Source of the DNA: Pseudomonas aeruginosa
GTDB lineage: Bacteria; Pseudomonadota; Gammaproteobacteria; Pseudomonadales; Pseudomonadaceae
DNA length: 32,000 bases
Reading direction: 5' to 3'
Assembly: GCF_001457615.1 (NCBI RefSeq)
Contig: NZ_LN831024.1
Coordinates: 1,770,001-1,802,000, forward strand
The stretch's first letter is position 1. The number at the start of each line of letters is the position of its first letter. Below the pieces are notes generated by a model. The model searched no databases. It was not told the DNA's origin and was given only the letters and a program-made list of their open reading frames with translations. Of the stretch, positions 17,995 to 26,277 are shown in pieces. A program made the position numbers and the translations under genes.

Positions 17995-18108
17995 ATGTTC
18001 ATCGACGAAGTGGTTCTCGCAGGGATTCTTACAGTAGGCCTCATGGTCGCTTTCTTCGGTGGGGTCGGTTACTTCATCTGGAAGGATTCCCATAGCCGCA
18101 AAGGCTGA
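17995..18108 (+). CDS. 37-aa ORF within PhrS
   Basis: MFIDEVVLAGILTVGLMVAFFGGVGYFIWKDSHSRKG with SD ctggagg about 8 nt upstream; hydrophobic single-TM peptide. Too short for the ORF track. Confidence 0.85.
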   Translation: MFIDEVVLAGILTVGLMVAFFGGVGYFIWKDSHSRKG

Positions 18109-18142
18109 TCCTCCCGGATACACAGAGCACGCAAGGCACTTA

Positions 18143-18169
18143 GGGCGACTTCGGTCGCCCGTTTTTTTT
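18143..18169 (+). terminator. Intrinsic terminator of phrS
   Basis: GGGCGAC TTCG GTCGCCC followed by gTTTTTTTT. Confidence 0.95.
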
Positions 18170-18232
18170 GCGCCTGGAAAAACACCGGCGCAGCGATCGG
18201 GATACTACGAATGTCGCTGGACGATATTGTTA

Positions 18233-18254
18233 GCAGCCTAATAATATAGGCTGC
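18233..18254. promoter_or_regulatory. Putative operator overlapping the efflux-operon promoter
   Basis: Perfect 8-bp inverted repeat GCAGCCTA-ATAATA-TAGGCTGC overlapping a possible -10 TAATAT (18242-18247). Confidence 0.5.
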
Positions 18255-18316
18255 ACATATCGCCTCGGCGTTCGCCGGCTATCTATGCTGATGTAGACCC
18301 CGTTTCGGAAGACCCT

Positions 18317-20311
18317 GTGCCCATTCACTGGAAGCCGTTCCTGGCACCCTCGACGCTGGCGCTCAAGTTCGCCATCAAGACGCTCCTGGCCGGCGGCCTG
18401 GCGTTGTGGTGCGCCTTTCGCTTCGACCTGGAGCAGCCGCAATGGGCGCTGATGACCGTGCTGATCGTGTCCCAGCCGTTGTCCGGCATGGTGGTGGCGA
18501 AGGGCTTGTTCCGCCTGCTCGGCACCCTGGTCGGCACCGCGATGTCGGTGTTGATGATCGCGCTGTTCGCCCAGGCGCCCTGGTTGTTCCTGCTGGCCAT
18601 CTCGCTCTGGCTGGGGCTCTGCACGGCGGCCTCGACCTCCCTGCGCAACCACGTTTCCTATGCCTTCGTACTTTCCGGCTATACGGTAGCGATCATTGGC
18701 CTGCCGGCGGTGGACCAGCCGCTGCTGGTCTTCGAGCAGGCGGTGGCGCGTTGTACCGAGATCTGCCTGGGGATCATCTGCGCCTCGGCGGTCAGTGCGA
18801 TCCTCTGGCCGCAGCGGGTCGAGCAGAACCTCGACAAGCAGGCCCACGCCACCTGGCTGCTGGGCATGCAGGCCGCGCGCGGCGAGATCGACCCGCGCCA
18901 GCGGCAGCCGCAGGGGCTGCTCAACGCGCTAAGCAAGATCGTCGAGGTCGATGCGCAGCGCGACCATGCCTGGTTCGAAGGCGAGCGCGGGCGGCGCCGG
19001 GCCGGCGCCCTGGCGTTGCTCTCGCGCGACCTGCTCAGCCTGTTGCGCACCGCGCGCGGCGTGGCCCGGCAACGGGCGCGGCTGAGCGAAGAGGAAGAGC
19101 GCCGGGTGGAGCGCTGGCTGGCCGCGCTGGCCAGCGCCCTGGAAGGGGCCGATCCGGCGTCGATGCTGGCGCTGCGCGAGGAGTTGGCGCAGGTCGCGGT
19201 CGAGCCGCAGTGGAGCAACGACCAGCGTTACCTGCTGACCCGCTGCTCGGTGCTGCTGCTCAAGGCGGTGAATGCCGAGAAGGGCATGCGCGCGGTGGCC
19301 AGCGGCGAGGTCGAGGGGCGGGTGGGCAGCGCCGGCACCCTGTCCTGGCACCGCGACCTGCAGATGGCGCTGTTCTACGGCGCGCGTAGCGCCCTGGCGT
19401 TGCTCGGGCTGTCGGTCTACTGGATCTATACCGCGTGGCCGGCGGCGTCCGGCGCGATGCTGCTGGCGGCGGTGGTGTGCAGCCTGTTCGCCAACCGCGA
19501 CAACGCGGTGGCCATCGGCCTGAGCTTCCTGCGCGGCATCGTCTACGCGATCCCGGCGGCGATGCTGGTCAGCCAGTGGCTGCTGCCGCAGTGGAATGGC
19601 TTCCCGCTGCTCTGCCTGGCGATGGGCGTGCCGCTGTTCTTCGCCACCCTGGGCATGGCCGTACCGGTTACCGCCGGCACCGCCACCTCGTTCGCGATCC
19701 ACTTCATCGTCCTGGTCGCGCCGCGCAACCAGATGGACTACAACCTCGCGACCCTGCTGAATTCCGCCCAGGGCGTGCTGATCGGAGTCGGCTTCGCGGT
19801 GGTGATCTTCCGCTTGCTGACCTTGCGTCCGGGCTGGCTGACCCGACGCCTGCTGGACGCCACCTGCGTCGATCTCGGCCGCCTCACCCGGCGCCCGCTG
19901 GCGCAGGCGGAGAACTGGTTCGGCGGGCGCATGGCCGACCGCCTGTTGCGCCTGGCGCGGCACGCCAACCTGTTGCCGGAGCAGGAGCGGCGGCGTTGGG
20001 ACGATGGCCTCCTGGCGCTCGACCTGGGTAACGAACTGATCCACCTGCGGGCCTGCCTGGAAGGCGCCCGTGGCGTCCTGCGCAAGGCGCGCGACCGCTT
20101 CCTCGGGGAACTGGGCGAACTGCTTGAGGCCGGTCCCGCGGGTCCGCGCAGTGACCGCCTGGAGCGGATCAGCCTGCCGTTGCGCGAAGCCCTGGAGCGT
20201 GACGCTCGCCACGACGACGAAGCCAGCCGCCTGGCGCGCGCGGCCCTGGCGCAACTGCTGTTCACCTGGCAGCAGTGGTGCCATCAGGAGGAAAGCCATG
20301 AGTCTGCATGA
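18317..20311 (+). CDS. FUSC-family (AaeB-like) aromatic-acid exporter membrane protein
   Basis: 664 aa, GTG start; PIHWKPFLAPSTLALKFAIKTLLAGGLALWCAFRFDLEQPQWALMTVLIVSQPLSG is typical of FUSC/AaeB N-termini. Confidence 0.9.
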   Translation: MPIHWKPFLAPSTLALKFAIKTLLAGGLALWCAFRFDLEQPQWALMTVLIVSQPLSGMVVAKGLFRLLGTLVGTAMSVLMIALFAQAPWLFLLAISLWLGLCTAASTSLRNHVSYAFVLSGYTVAIIGLPAVDQPLLVFEQAVARCTEICLGIICASAVSAILWPQRVEQNLDKQAHATWLLGMQAARGEIDPRQRQPQGLLNALSKIVEVDAQRDHAWFEGERGRRRAGALALLSRDLLSLLRTARGVARQRARLSEEEERRVERWLAALASALEGADPASMLALREELAQVAVEPQWSNDQRYLLTRCSVLLLKAVNAEKGMRAVASGEVEGRVGSAGTLSWHRDLQMALFYGARSALALLGLSVYWIYTAWPAASGAMLLAAVVCSLFANRDNAVAIGLSFLRGIVYAIPAAMLVSQWLLPQWNGFPLLCLAMGVPLFFATLGMAVPVTAGTATSFAIHFIVLVAPRNQMDYNLATLLNSAQGVLIGVGFAVVIFRLLTLRPGWLTRRLLDATCVDLGRLTRRPLAQAENWFGGRMADRLLRLARHANLLPEQERRRWDDGLLALDLGNELIHLRACLEGARGVLRKARDRFLGELGELLEAGPAGPRSDRLERISLPLREALERDARHDDEASRLARAALAQLLFTWQQWCHQEESHESA

Positions 20312-20501
20312 ATCGGCCTGGGGCGGCGTCTACCTCAGCCCGCTGTTCGTCTATGCCCTGCTGGCGCTGGCGGCCACCGCCGCGCTGCGGGTGCTGATCC
20401 AGAAAACGCCGTTGCGTCGCTGGGTCTGGCACGAGGCGCTGTTCGACTGCGCCCTGTTCATTTTGATGTTGAGTGGCATTACCTGGGCGGCTACGACCTG
20501 A
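20298..20501 (+). CDS. DUF1656 small membrane protein (AaeX-like)
   Basis: 67 aa MSLHESAWGGVYLSPLFVYALLALAATAALRVLIQKTPLRRWVWHEALFDCALFILMLSGI; SD caggagga; lies between FUSC and HlyD genes as expected; 14-bp overlap. Confidence 0.85.
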   Translation: MSLHESAWGGVYLSPLFVYALLALAATAALRVLIQKTPLRRWVWHEALFDCALFILMLSGITWAATT

Positions 20502-20527
20502 ATCGTCGCCCCGAGAAGGAGATTCGC

Positions 20528-21385
20528 ATGCGTGCATCGCTTCGCGTCGTCGTCACCCTGCTGGTGGTCGCTGCCGCTGTCCTCGCCGGCATCTGGCTCT
20601 GGCGCTACTACATGCTCTCGCCCTGGACCCGCGATGCCCGGGTGCGGGCCGACGTGGTGGTGGTGGCGCCGGACGTGTCCGGCTGGGTGACCGACCTGGA
20701 GGTCAAGGACAACCAGGTGGTCAAGGTCGGCGACGTGCTGATGCGCATCGACCAGGAACGCTACCAGGCCAACCTGGAGCAGGCCCGCGCCGTCGCCGAG
20801 ACCCGTCACCAGCAATACCTGTTGCGCCAGAACGAGGCGGCCCGGCGCAGCCGCCTGGGCATCGGCGCGATCAGCGCCGAGGACAAGGAAAACGCCCAGA
20901 TCAATGCCGCCATCGCTCGCAGCGAGTACCAGGAGGCGCTGGCCCAGGTGAAGATCGCCGAACTCAACCTCAAGCGCAGCGAGCTGCGCGCCGCGCGCAA
21001 CGGCCAGGTGACCAACCTGCGCCTGGCCCAGGGCAACTACGCCACGGCGGGCCAGGCGGTGATGGCGTTGGTCGACCAGCAGTCCTTCTATGTGGTCGCC
21101 TACTTCGAGGAAACCAAGCTGCCCGGCATCCGCGTCGGCATGCGCGCCCAGGTCCGCCTGATGAGCGGCGATCAGCCGATCGACGGCACGGTGGAGAGCA
21201 TCAGCAGCGGTATCACCGACCGCAACTCGACGCCGGACGGCCAGTTGCTGGCCAATGTCGAGCCGACCTTCAACTGGGTGCGCCTGGCGCAGCGCATTCC
21301 GGTGCGCATCCGCCTCGACCAGGTGCCGGCGGATGTCCACCTGAGCGCCGGGATGACCGCCAGCGTCACCGTGCAGGGGGACTGA
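20528..21385 (+). CDS. HlyD-family periplasmic adaptor (AaeA-like)
   Basis: 285 aa; TM anchor, SPWTRDARVRADVVVVAPDVSGWVTDLEVKDNQVVKVGDVLMRIDQERY, coiled coil, LRLAQGNYATAGQAVMALVD. SD aaggaga. Confidence 0.92.
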   Translation: MRASLRVVVTLLVVAAAVLAGIWLWRYYMLSPWTRDARVRADVVVVAPDVSGWVTDLEVKDNQVVKVGDVLMRIDQERYQANLEQARAVAETRHQQYLLRQNEAARRSRLGIGAISAEDKENAQINAAIARSEYQEALAQVKIAELNLKRSELRAARNGQVTNLRLAQGNYATAGQAVMALVDQQSFYVVAYFEETKLPGIRVGMRAQVRLMSGDQPIDGTVESISSGITDRNSTPDGQLLANVEPTFNWVRLAQRIPVRIRLDQVPADVHLSAGMTASVTVQGD

Positions 21386-22541
21386 ACGGCAGCGCTTGCG
21401 TGGCGCCATCCAGCGTGCTGGCGCCAAGCGCGCAGGCCAGCGCCGCCAGCACCAGGGCGAGGCCGACCCAGGGCGTCGCGGCGACTCCCAGTGCCGCCAC
21501 CACCAGGCCGCCCAGCGCCGCGCCGAGGCCCACGCCCAGGTGCATGGCCGAGGTGTTCAGGGCGACGCCGGCGGAACCGCTGGCCGGATCGCTGCGCAGC
21601 AGGAAGCTCTGCACCACCGGCGAGATCATCCAGCTGATCGCGCTCCAGACCATCAGTACCGGCAGGAACCCGATGCTGCCCAGGCTCAGCGGCACCGCCG
21701 CCAGCGCCAGGGCGAAGGCCGCCGGTACCAGACGCAGGGCGCGCCGGTGGCCGAGGCGGTCGGCCAGCCAGCCGCCGATATAGCCGCCGCTCAGCGCTGC
21801 CAGGCCGATCAGCAGGAGGATCAGGCTGATCTCGCTGGGCGAGCGAATACCGGCCATGCTCGCCAGGTACGGGGTGAAATAGGCGAACAGGGTGAAGTGC
21901 CCGCCGAGCAACAGGATCGATACCAGTTGCGCGAGCCACAGCGCGGGCTGGCGCAACTGCCGCAGGTAGCCTTCGCGGCCGGGCAGGTCGCCGGCCTGGC
22001 GTTGCGGCAGGTAGCGCCAGAGCAGCAGGCACAAGGGCAGCGAATAGACCGCGATGCCGGCGAAGATCCAGCGCCAGCCGAACCAGTCGCTGATCTGTAC
22101 GCCCAGTGGCACGCCGAACACCAGCGAACCGCTGATGCCCATGAAGATCAGGCCGATCGCCCGGCCGCGCTGGGCCGGGGCGGCCAGCTCGGCGGCGAGC
22201 AGGCTGGCGAGGACGATCAGCAGCCCGCAACAGGCCGACATTCCCAGGCGAGCCAGGAGCAGGCCGAGATAGCCCGGAGCGAGGGCGGCGAGCGCGTTGC
22301 TGAGGGCGAACAGCAGCAGGGTCGCCAGCAGCAGGCGGCGGCGTTCGATGCGCCGGGTCAGCCAGCCGAGCAGCGGTGCGGCGAGGGCGAAGCCGAGGGA
22401 GAACAGGGTGGTGAGCTGGCCGGCCAGGCTGATGGAGACCCGCAGGTCTTCAGCCAGGGGCGGCAGGATGCCGATCAGGATGCTTTCCGCCAGGCCGGCG
22501 GCGAAGGTGGTCAGGGATAGCAACAGCAAGCGAAGGTCCAT
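21366..22541 (-). CDS. MFS transporter (DHA1/AraJ-like)
   Basis: 391 aa starting MDLRLLLLSLTTFAAGLAESILIGILPPLAEDLRVSISLAGQLTTLFSLGFALAAP; 12-TM pattern; convergent 20-bp overlap with the HlyD gene. Confidence 0.88.
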   Translation of the reverse strand: MDLRLLLLSLTTFAAGLAESILIGILPPLAEDLRVSISLAGQLTTLFSLGFALAAPLLGWLTRRIERRRLLLATLLLFALSNALAALAPGYLGLLLARLGMSACCGLLIVLASLLAAELAAPAQRGRAIGLIFMGISGSLVFGVPLGVQISDWFGWRWIFAGIAVYSLPLCLLLWRYLPQRQAGDLPGREGYLRQLRQPALWLAQLVSILLLGGHFTLFAYFTPYLASMAGIRSPSEISLILLLIGLAALSGGYIGGWLADRLGHRRALRLVPAAFALALAAVPLSLGSIGFLPVLMVWSAISWMISPVVQSFLLRSDPASGSAGVALNTSAMHLGVGLGAALGGLVVAALGVAATPWVGLALVLAALACALGASTLDGATQALPFSPPAR

Positions 22542-22691
22542 GGCGGCTCCGATTCCCGGTAAGGGGTTTCGGGCGGTGGAGTGCCTTCGGTTATCCCTGA
22601 TGATTGAGGTAAGACAGCGGACAGGGTAGAGCAGCGCGCGGCGGCCCGGCAAGTCCGCCGGGCCGGATGGCCCGACGGTAGGGAAAGCCGC

Positions 22692-23162
22692 TCAGCCGAT
22701 GCTGATCGGCGGCAGTTCGGCCAGCTCGACGCTGAGCTTCTCTTCCGGCGCCATGATCTCCGCTTCGCCGTCGACCACCTGCTTGCCTGCCTGGTTGAAC
22801 ACCCGCGTGGCCATGCGCACGCGGTTCTTCGGCAGCTTCTCGAGGACTTCCAGTTCGACCTTCAGGTCGTCGCCGAGCTTGACCGGACGGGTGAAGCGCA
22901 GGGTCTGGCCGAGATAGATGGTGCCTGGGCCGGGCAGCACGGTGGCGATCGCCGCGCTGATCAGGGCGCCGCTGAGCATGCCGTGGGCGATGCGTTCCTT
23001 GAACTGGGTGGTGGCCGCGTAGGCGGCGTCCAGATGCACCGGGTTGCGGTCGCCGGAGACTGCGGCGAACAACTGCAGGTCGCGCTCGGCGATGCTGCTG
23101 GTGTACTCGGCCTTTTGCCCGACCTCTAGCTCGGCGTAGGGAATGTTCTGGACCTGGCTCAT
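22692..23162 (-). CDS. phaJ1: (R)-specific enoyl-CoA hydratase, MaoC-like (PhaJ1)
   Basis: 156 aa: MSQVQNIPYAELEVGQKAEY...FAAVSGDRNPVHLDAAYAATTQFKERIAHGMLSGALISAAIATVLPGPGTIYLGQ, the MaoC hydratase motif; sequence recalled as P. aeruginosa PhaJ1. Confidence 0.85.
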   Translation of the reverse strand: MSQVQNIPYAELEVGQKAEYTSSIAERDLQLFAAVSGDRNPVHLDAAYAATTQFKERIAHGMLSGALISAAIATVLPGPGTIYLGQTLRFTRPVKLGDDLKVELEVLEKLPKNRVRMATRVFNQAGKQVVDGEAEIMAPEEKLSVELAELPPISIG

Positions 23163-24109
23163 GTTCTCTCCTTTGTCGAATGATCCCGGCGGTGGCGCAG
23201 GGCCTGTTCCAGCCAGTCGATCAGGTCTTGGGTGACCGCGTCGCGGTTGCTCTCGTTGAACAGCTCGTGACGGGCCTCGGGATAGGTCTTCAGGGTCACC
23301 TGGCGCAGCCCGGCACCGCGCAGGGCGTCGGTCAGGTCGCCCAGGCGCTTGCCCTGGCTGACCGGGTCGCGTTCGCCGCCGATGATCAGCAGCGGCAGGT
23401 CGGCATCGATCTGCCGCAGGTGGGTGGGCGGGGTGATATCGGCCAGGCCGCCGAGCAGGTCCACCCACAACTGGTTGCTGCAGCGGAAGCCGCACAGCGG
23501 GTCGGCCACGTACCTGTCGACTTCCTGCGGATCGCGACTGAGCCAGTCGAAGGCCGTGCGATTGGGCTTGAACGCCTTGTTGAACGAGCCGAACGAGAGG
23601 AAGTCGATCAGCGCGCTCTTGCCCAGCGGCCCCTGGCGCCAGCGCTCGAAGCGGGCGATCAGGCGGGCGACCCGGTAGAGCGCTTGCGGCTGGTAGTTGG
23701 AGCCGGAAAGGATCGCCCCTTGCAGGCTGCAGCTGTGGTGCAGCAGGTAGGCCATGGAGATGTAGCTGCCCATGCTGTGGCCCAGCAGGAAGATCGGCAG
23801 TTCCGGGTGCTGCTGGCGGATATGGTGGTTCAGGCTGGCCAGGTCGCCGACCACCTTGCCCCAGCCGCCCTGGTCGGCGAAGTGGCCCAGCTCGTCGGCT
23901 TCGGCGGTCCGGCCGTGGCCGCGCTGGTCGATCGCATAGAAGTGGTAGCCGGCAGCGTTCAGCGCGGCGGCGAGACGCTCGTAGCGACCGGCGTGCTCGG
24001 CCATGCCGTGGGACAGCATCACCGCGCCGACGGCCGTTGCGCTCGGCCAGTGGCGGGTGTACAGCGGGGTTTCGTCGCTGGCGGGGAGCCAGTAGGCAGC
24101 GGCGGGCAT
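23159..24109 (-). CDS. Alpha/beta hydrolase, lysophospholipase/monoacylglycerol lipase-like
   Basis: GMAEHAGRYERLAAALNAAGYHFYAIDQRGHGRT, nucleophile elbow LLGHSMGSYI, IIGGERDPVS, ARHELFNE; ATGA overlap with phaJ1. Confidence 0.88.
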   Translation of the reverse strand: MPAAAYWLPASDETPLYTRHWPSATAVGAVMLSHGMAEHAGRYERLAAALNAAGYHFYAIDQRGHGRTAEADELGHFADQGGWGKVVGDLASLNHHIRQQHPELPIFLLGHSMGSYISMAYLLHHSCSLQGAILSGSNYQPQALYRVARLIARFERWRQGPLGKSALIDFLSFGSFNKAFKPNRTAFDWLSRDPQEVDRYVADPLCGFRCSNQLWVDLLGGLADITPPTHLRQIDADLPLLIIGGERDPVSQGKRLGDLTDALRGAGLRQVTLKTYPEARHELFNESNRDAVTQDLIDWLEQALRHRRDHSTKERT

Positions 24110-24286
24110 GTTCGTTCCTTGTGCCGGACGGACGCGTTCCGGCGCATTCTAGCAGCGTACGCGGCTTCGTCCCGCAAAAGCGCCACCCTTGGGCACGGGC
24201 CGCTCTGGAATGGCGGGCGGCGAAGAGCGACAGGCTGGAGATTCACACTATCAATAAGGGCAGGAGGAGTATTTGCGCTGTCCTAC

Positions 24287-24323
24287 GCAACTGCTAAGTT
24301 GCCCGATGCCCCGCACATGCGGG
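24287..24323 (+). repeat. Two small leader hairpins upstream of fadD2
   Basis: GCAACT-GCTA-AGTTGC (24287-24302) and CCCGC-ACAT-GCGGG (24310-24323). Confidence 0.4.
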
Positions 24324-24355
24324 CCAGACCCGCTCAGGTAAGAGGACAAGAATAA

Positions 24356-26044
24356 ATGCAACCTGAATTCTGGAACGACAAACGCCCGGCCGGCGTACCC
24401 GACAGTCTCGACTTCGCCGCCTACCGTTCCGTGGTCGAGGTCTTCGAGCGCTCCTGCAAGAAATTCGCCGACCGCCCGGCCTTCAGCAATCTCGGCGTGA
24501 CGCTCAGCTACGCCGAACTCGATCGTCTGTCCGCCGCCTTCGCCGCCTACCTGCAGAAACAGACCGATCTCCAGCCCGGCGACCGCATCGCGGTGCAGAT
24601 GCCCAATGTCCTGCAATATCCCATCGCGGTGTTCGGCGCCTTGCGCGCGGGGCTGGTGGTGGTCAACACCAATCCGCTGTACACCGCCCGCGAAATGCGC
24701 CACCAGTTCAAGGACGCCGGCGTGCGTGCGCTGGTCTACCTGAACGTGTTCGGCAAGCTGGTCGAGGAAGTGCTCCCGGATACGCGGATCGAGTACCTGA
24801 TCGAGGCGCGCATGGGCGACCTGTTGCCGGCGCTGAAGGGTTGGCTGGTGAACAGCGTGGTGAAGTCGGTGAAGAAGATGGTCCCCGATTATCGCTTGCC
24901 CCAGGCGCTGCCGTTCAGGCAGGCCTTGAAGCAAGGCCAGGGCCATGCCCTGCAGCCGGTCAGGGTCGGCCTGGAGGATGTCGCCGTGTTGCAGTACACC
25001 GGCGGCACCACCGGGGTCTCGAAGGGGGCGATGCTCACCCACGGCAACCTGGTGGCGAACATGCTGCAGGTCCACGCCCAGCTTTCCCAGCTCGGCAAGG
25101 ATGGCCTGCCGCTGATGAAGGAGGCGCAGGAGGTGATGATCGCGCCGCTGCCGCTCTACCACATCTATGCCTTCACCGCGAACTGCATGTGCATGATGGT
25201 CAGCGGCAACCATAACGTGCTGATCACCAACCCGCGCGACATCCCCGGTTTCGTCAAGGAACTGAAGAAGTGGCGTTTCTCCGCGCTGCTCGGCCTCAAC
25301 ACCCTGTTCGTCGCGCTGATGGAGCACCCCGGGTTCAAGGACGTCGATTTCTCCAACCTGAAGCTCACCAACTCCGGCGGCACCGCACTGGTCAGCGCCA
25401 CCGCCGAGCGCTGGAAGGGCGTCACCGGCTGCACCGTGGTGGAAGGCTATGGCCTCACCGAATGCTCGCCGGTGGTGACCACCAACCCCTACGGCGAGCA
25501 GGCACGCCTGGGTACGGTGGGGATACCGGTCGTGGGCACGGCGCTCAAGGTGATCGACGAGCAGGGCAACGAGCTGCCTGTCGGCGAACGTGGCGAACTC
25601 TGCGTGAAAGGTCCGCAAGTGATGAAGGGGTACTGGCAGCGTCCCGAGGCCACCGAGGAGATTCTCGATGCCGAAGGCTGGCTGAAGACCGGCGACATCG
25701 CGGTGATCGACGAGGACGGCTTCGTGCGCATCGTCGATCGCAAGAAGGACCTGATCCTGGTCTCCGGCTTCAATGTCTACCCCAACGAGATCGAAGACGT
25801 GGTGATGGCCCATCCGAAGGTGGCCAGTTGCGCGGCAGTGGGCATTCCCGACGAGAAGTCCGGCGAGGCGGTGAAGCTGTTCGTGGTGGCCCGCGACCCC
25901 AGCCTGTCGGTCGAGGAACTCAAGGCCTACTGCAAGGAAAACCTCACCGGATACAAAATTCCGCGACAGATTGTGCTCAAGGATGCATTACCGATGACGC
26001 CTGTGGGTAAAATCCTCCGTCGTGAGCTGCGCGAAATCGCCTGA
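24356..26044 (+). CDS. fadD2: Long-chain-fatty-acid-CoA ligase FadD2
   Basis: 562 aa; AMP-binding motif [72 protein letters not shown]. Confidence 0.93.
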   Translation: MQPEFWNDKRPAGVPDSLDFAAYRSVVEVFERSCKKFADRPAFSNLGVTLSYAELDRLSAAFAAYLQKQTDLQPGDRIAVQMPNVLQYPIAVFGALRAGLVVVNTNPLYTAREMRHQFKDAGVRALVYLNVFGKLVEEVLPDTRIEYLIEARMGDLLPALKGWLVNSVVKSVKKMVPDYRLPQALPFRQALKQGQGHALQPVRVGLEDVAVLQYTGGTTGVSKGAMLTHGNLVANMLQVHAQLSQLGKDGLPLMKEAQEVMIAPLPLYHIYAFTANCMCMMVSGNHNVLITNPRDIPGFVKELKKWRFSALLGLNTLFVALMEHPGFKDVDFSNLKLTNSGGTALVSATAERWKGVTGCTVVEGYGLTECSPVVTTNPYGEQARLGTVGIPVVGTALKVIDEQGNELPVGERGELCVKGPQVMKGYWQRPEATEEILDAEGWLKTGDIAVIDEDGFVRIVDRKKDLILVSGFNVYPNEIEDVVMAHPKVASCAAVGIPDEKSGEAVKLFVVARDPSLSVEELKAYCKENLTGYKIPRQIVLKDALPMTPVGKILRRELREIA

Positions 26045-26094
26045 TAGCCTTACAAGGCTCTGAAACGGGCATTTGCCGGGGACAGGAAAGACCG

Positions 26095-26124
26095 TGACCG
26101 AGACTAATGTCTCGGTCATTTTTT
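26095..26124 (+). terminator. Intrinsic terminator of fadD2
   Basis: TGACCGAGAC-TAAT-GTCTCGGTCA followed by six T. Confidence 0.92.
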
Positions 26125-26277
26125 GACCGAATAGGTCATGTTTGGTGCTGGTCTGCCTCTGGCAAAGCTGATAATCTCGGCGCGCCTAATAGCCCTGGGT
26201 CCAGGGTTAGCGAGCAGATCACAACAAGATGCCGCCATGAGCGGTGAAGATTAGCTGTTGCTTAGGAGTGGGCTTCC

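Larger units (their letters stand above)
17957..18169 (+). ncRNA. phrS: PhrS small RNA (Hfq-binding, ANR-controlled)
   Basis: ANR box plus -10 gives +1 about 17957; intrinsic terminator GGGCGACTTCGGTCGCCC + T8 ends about 18169, giving about 213 nt. Encodes the known 37-aa PhrS ORF. Confidence 0.93.
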
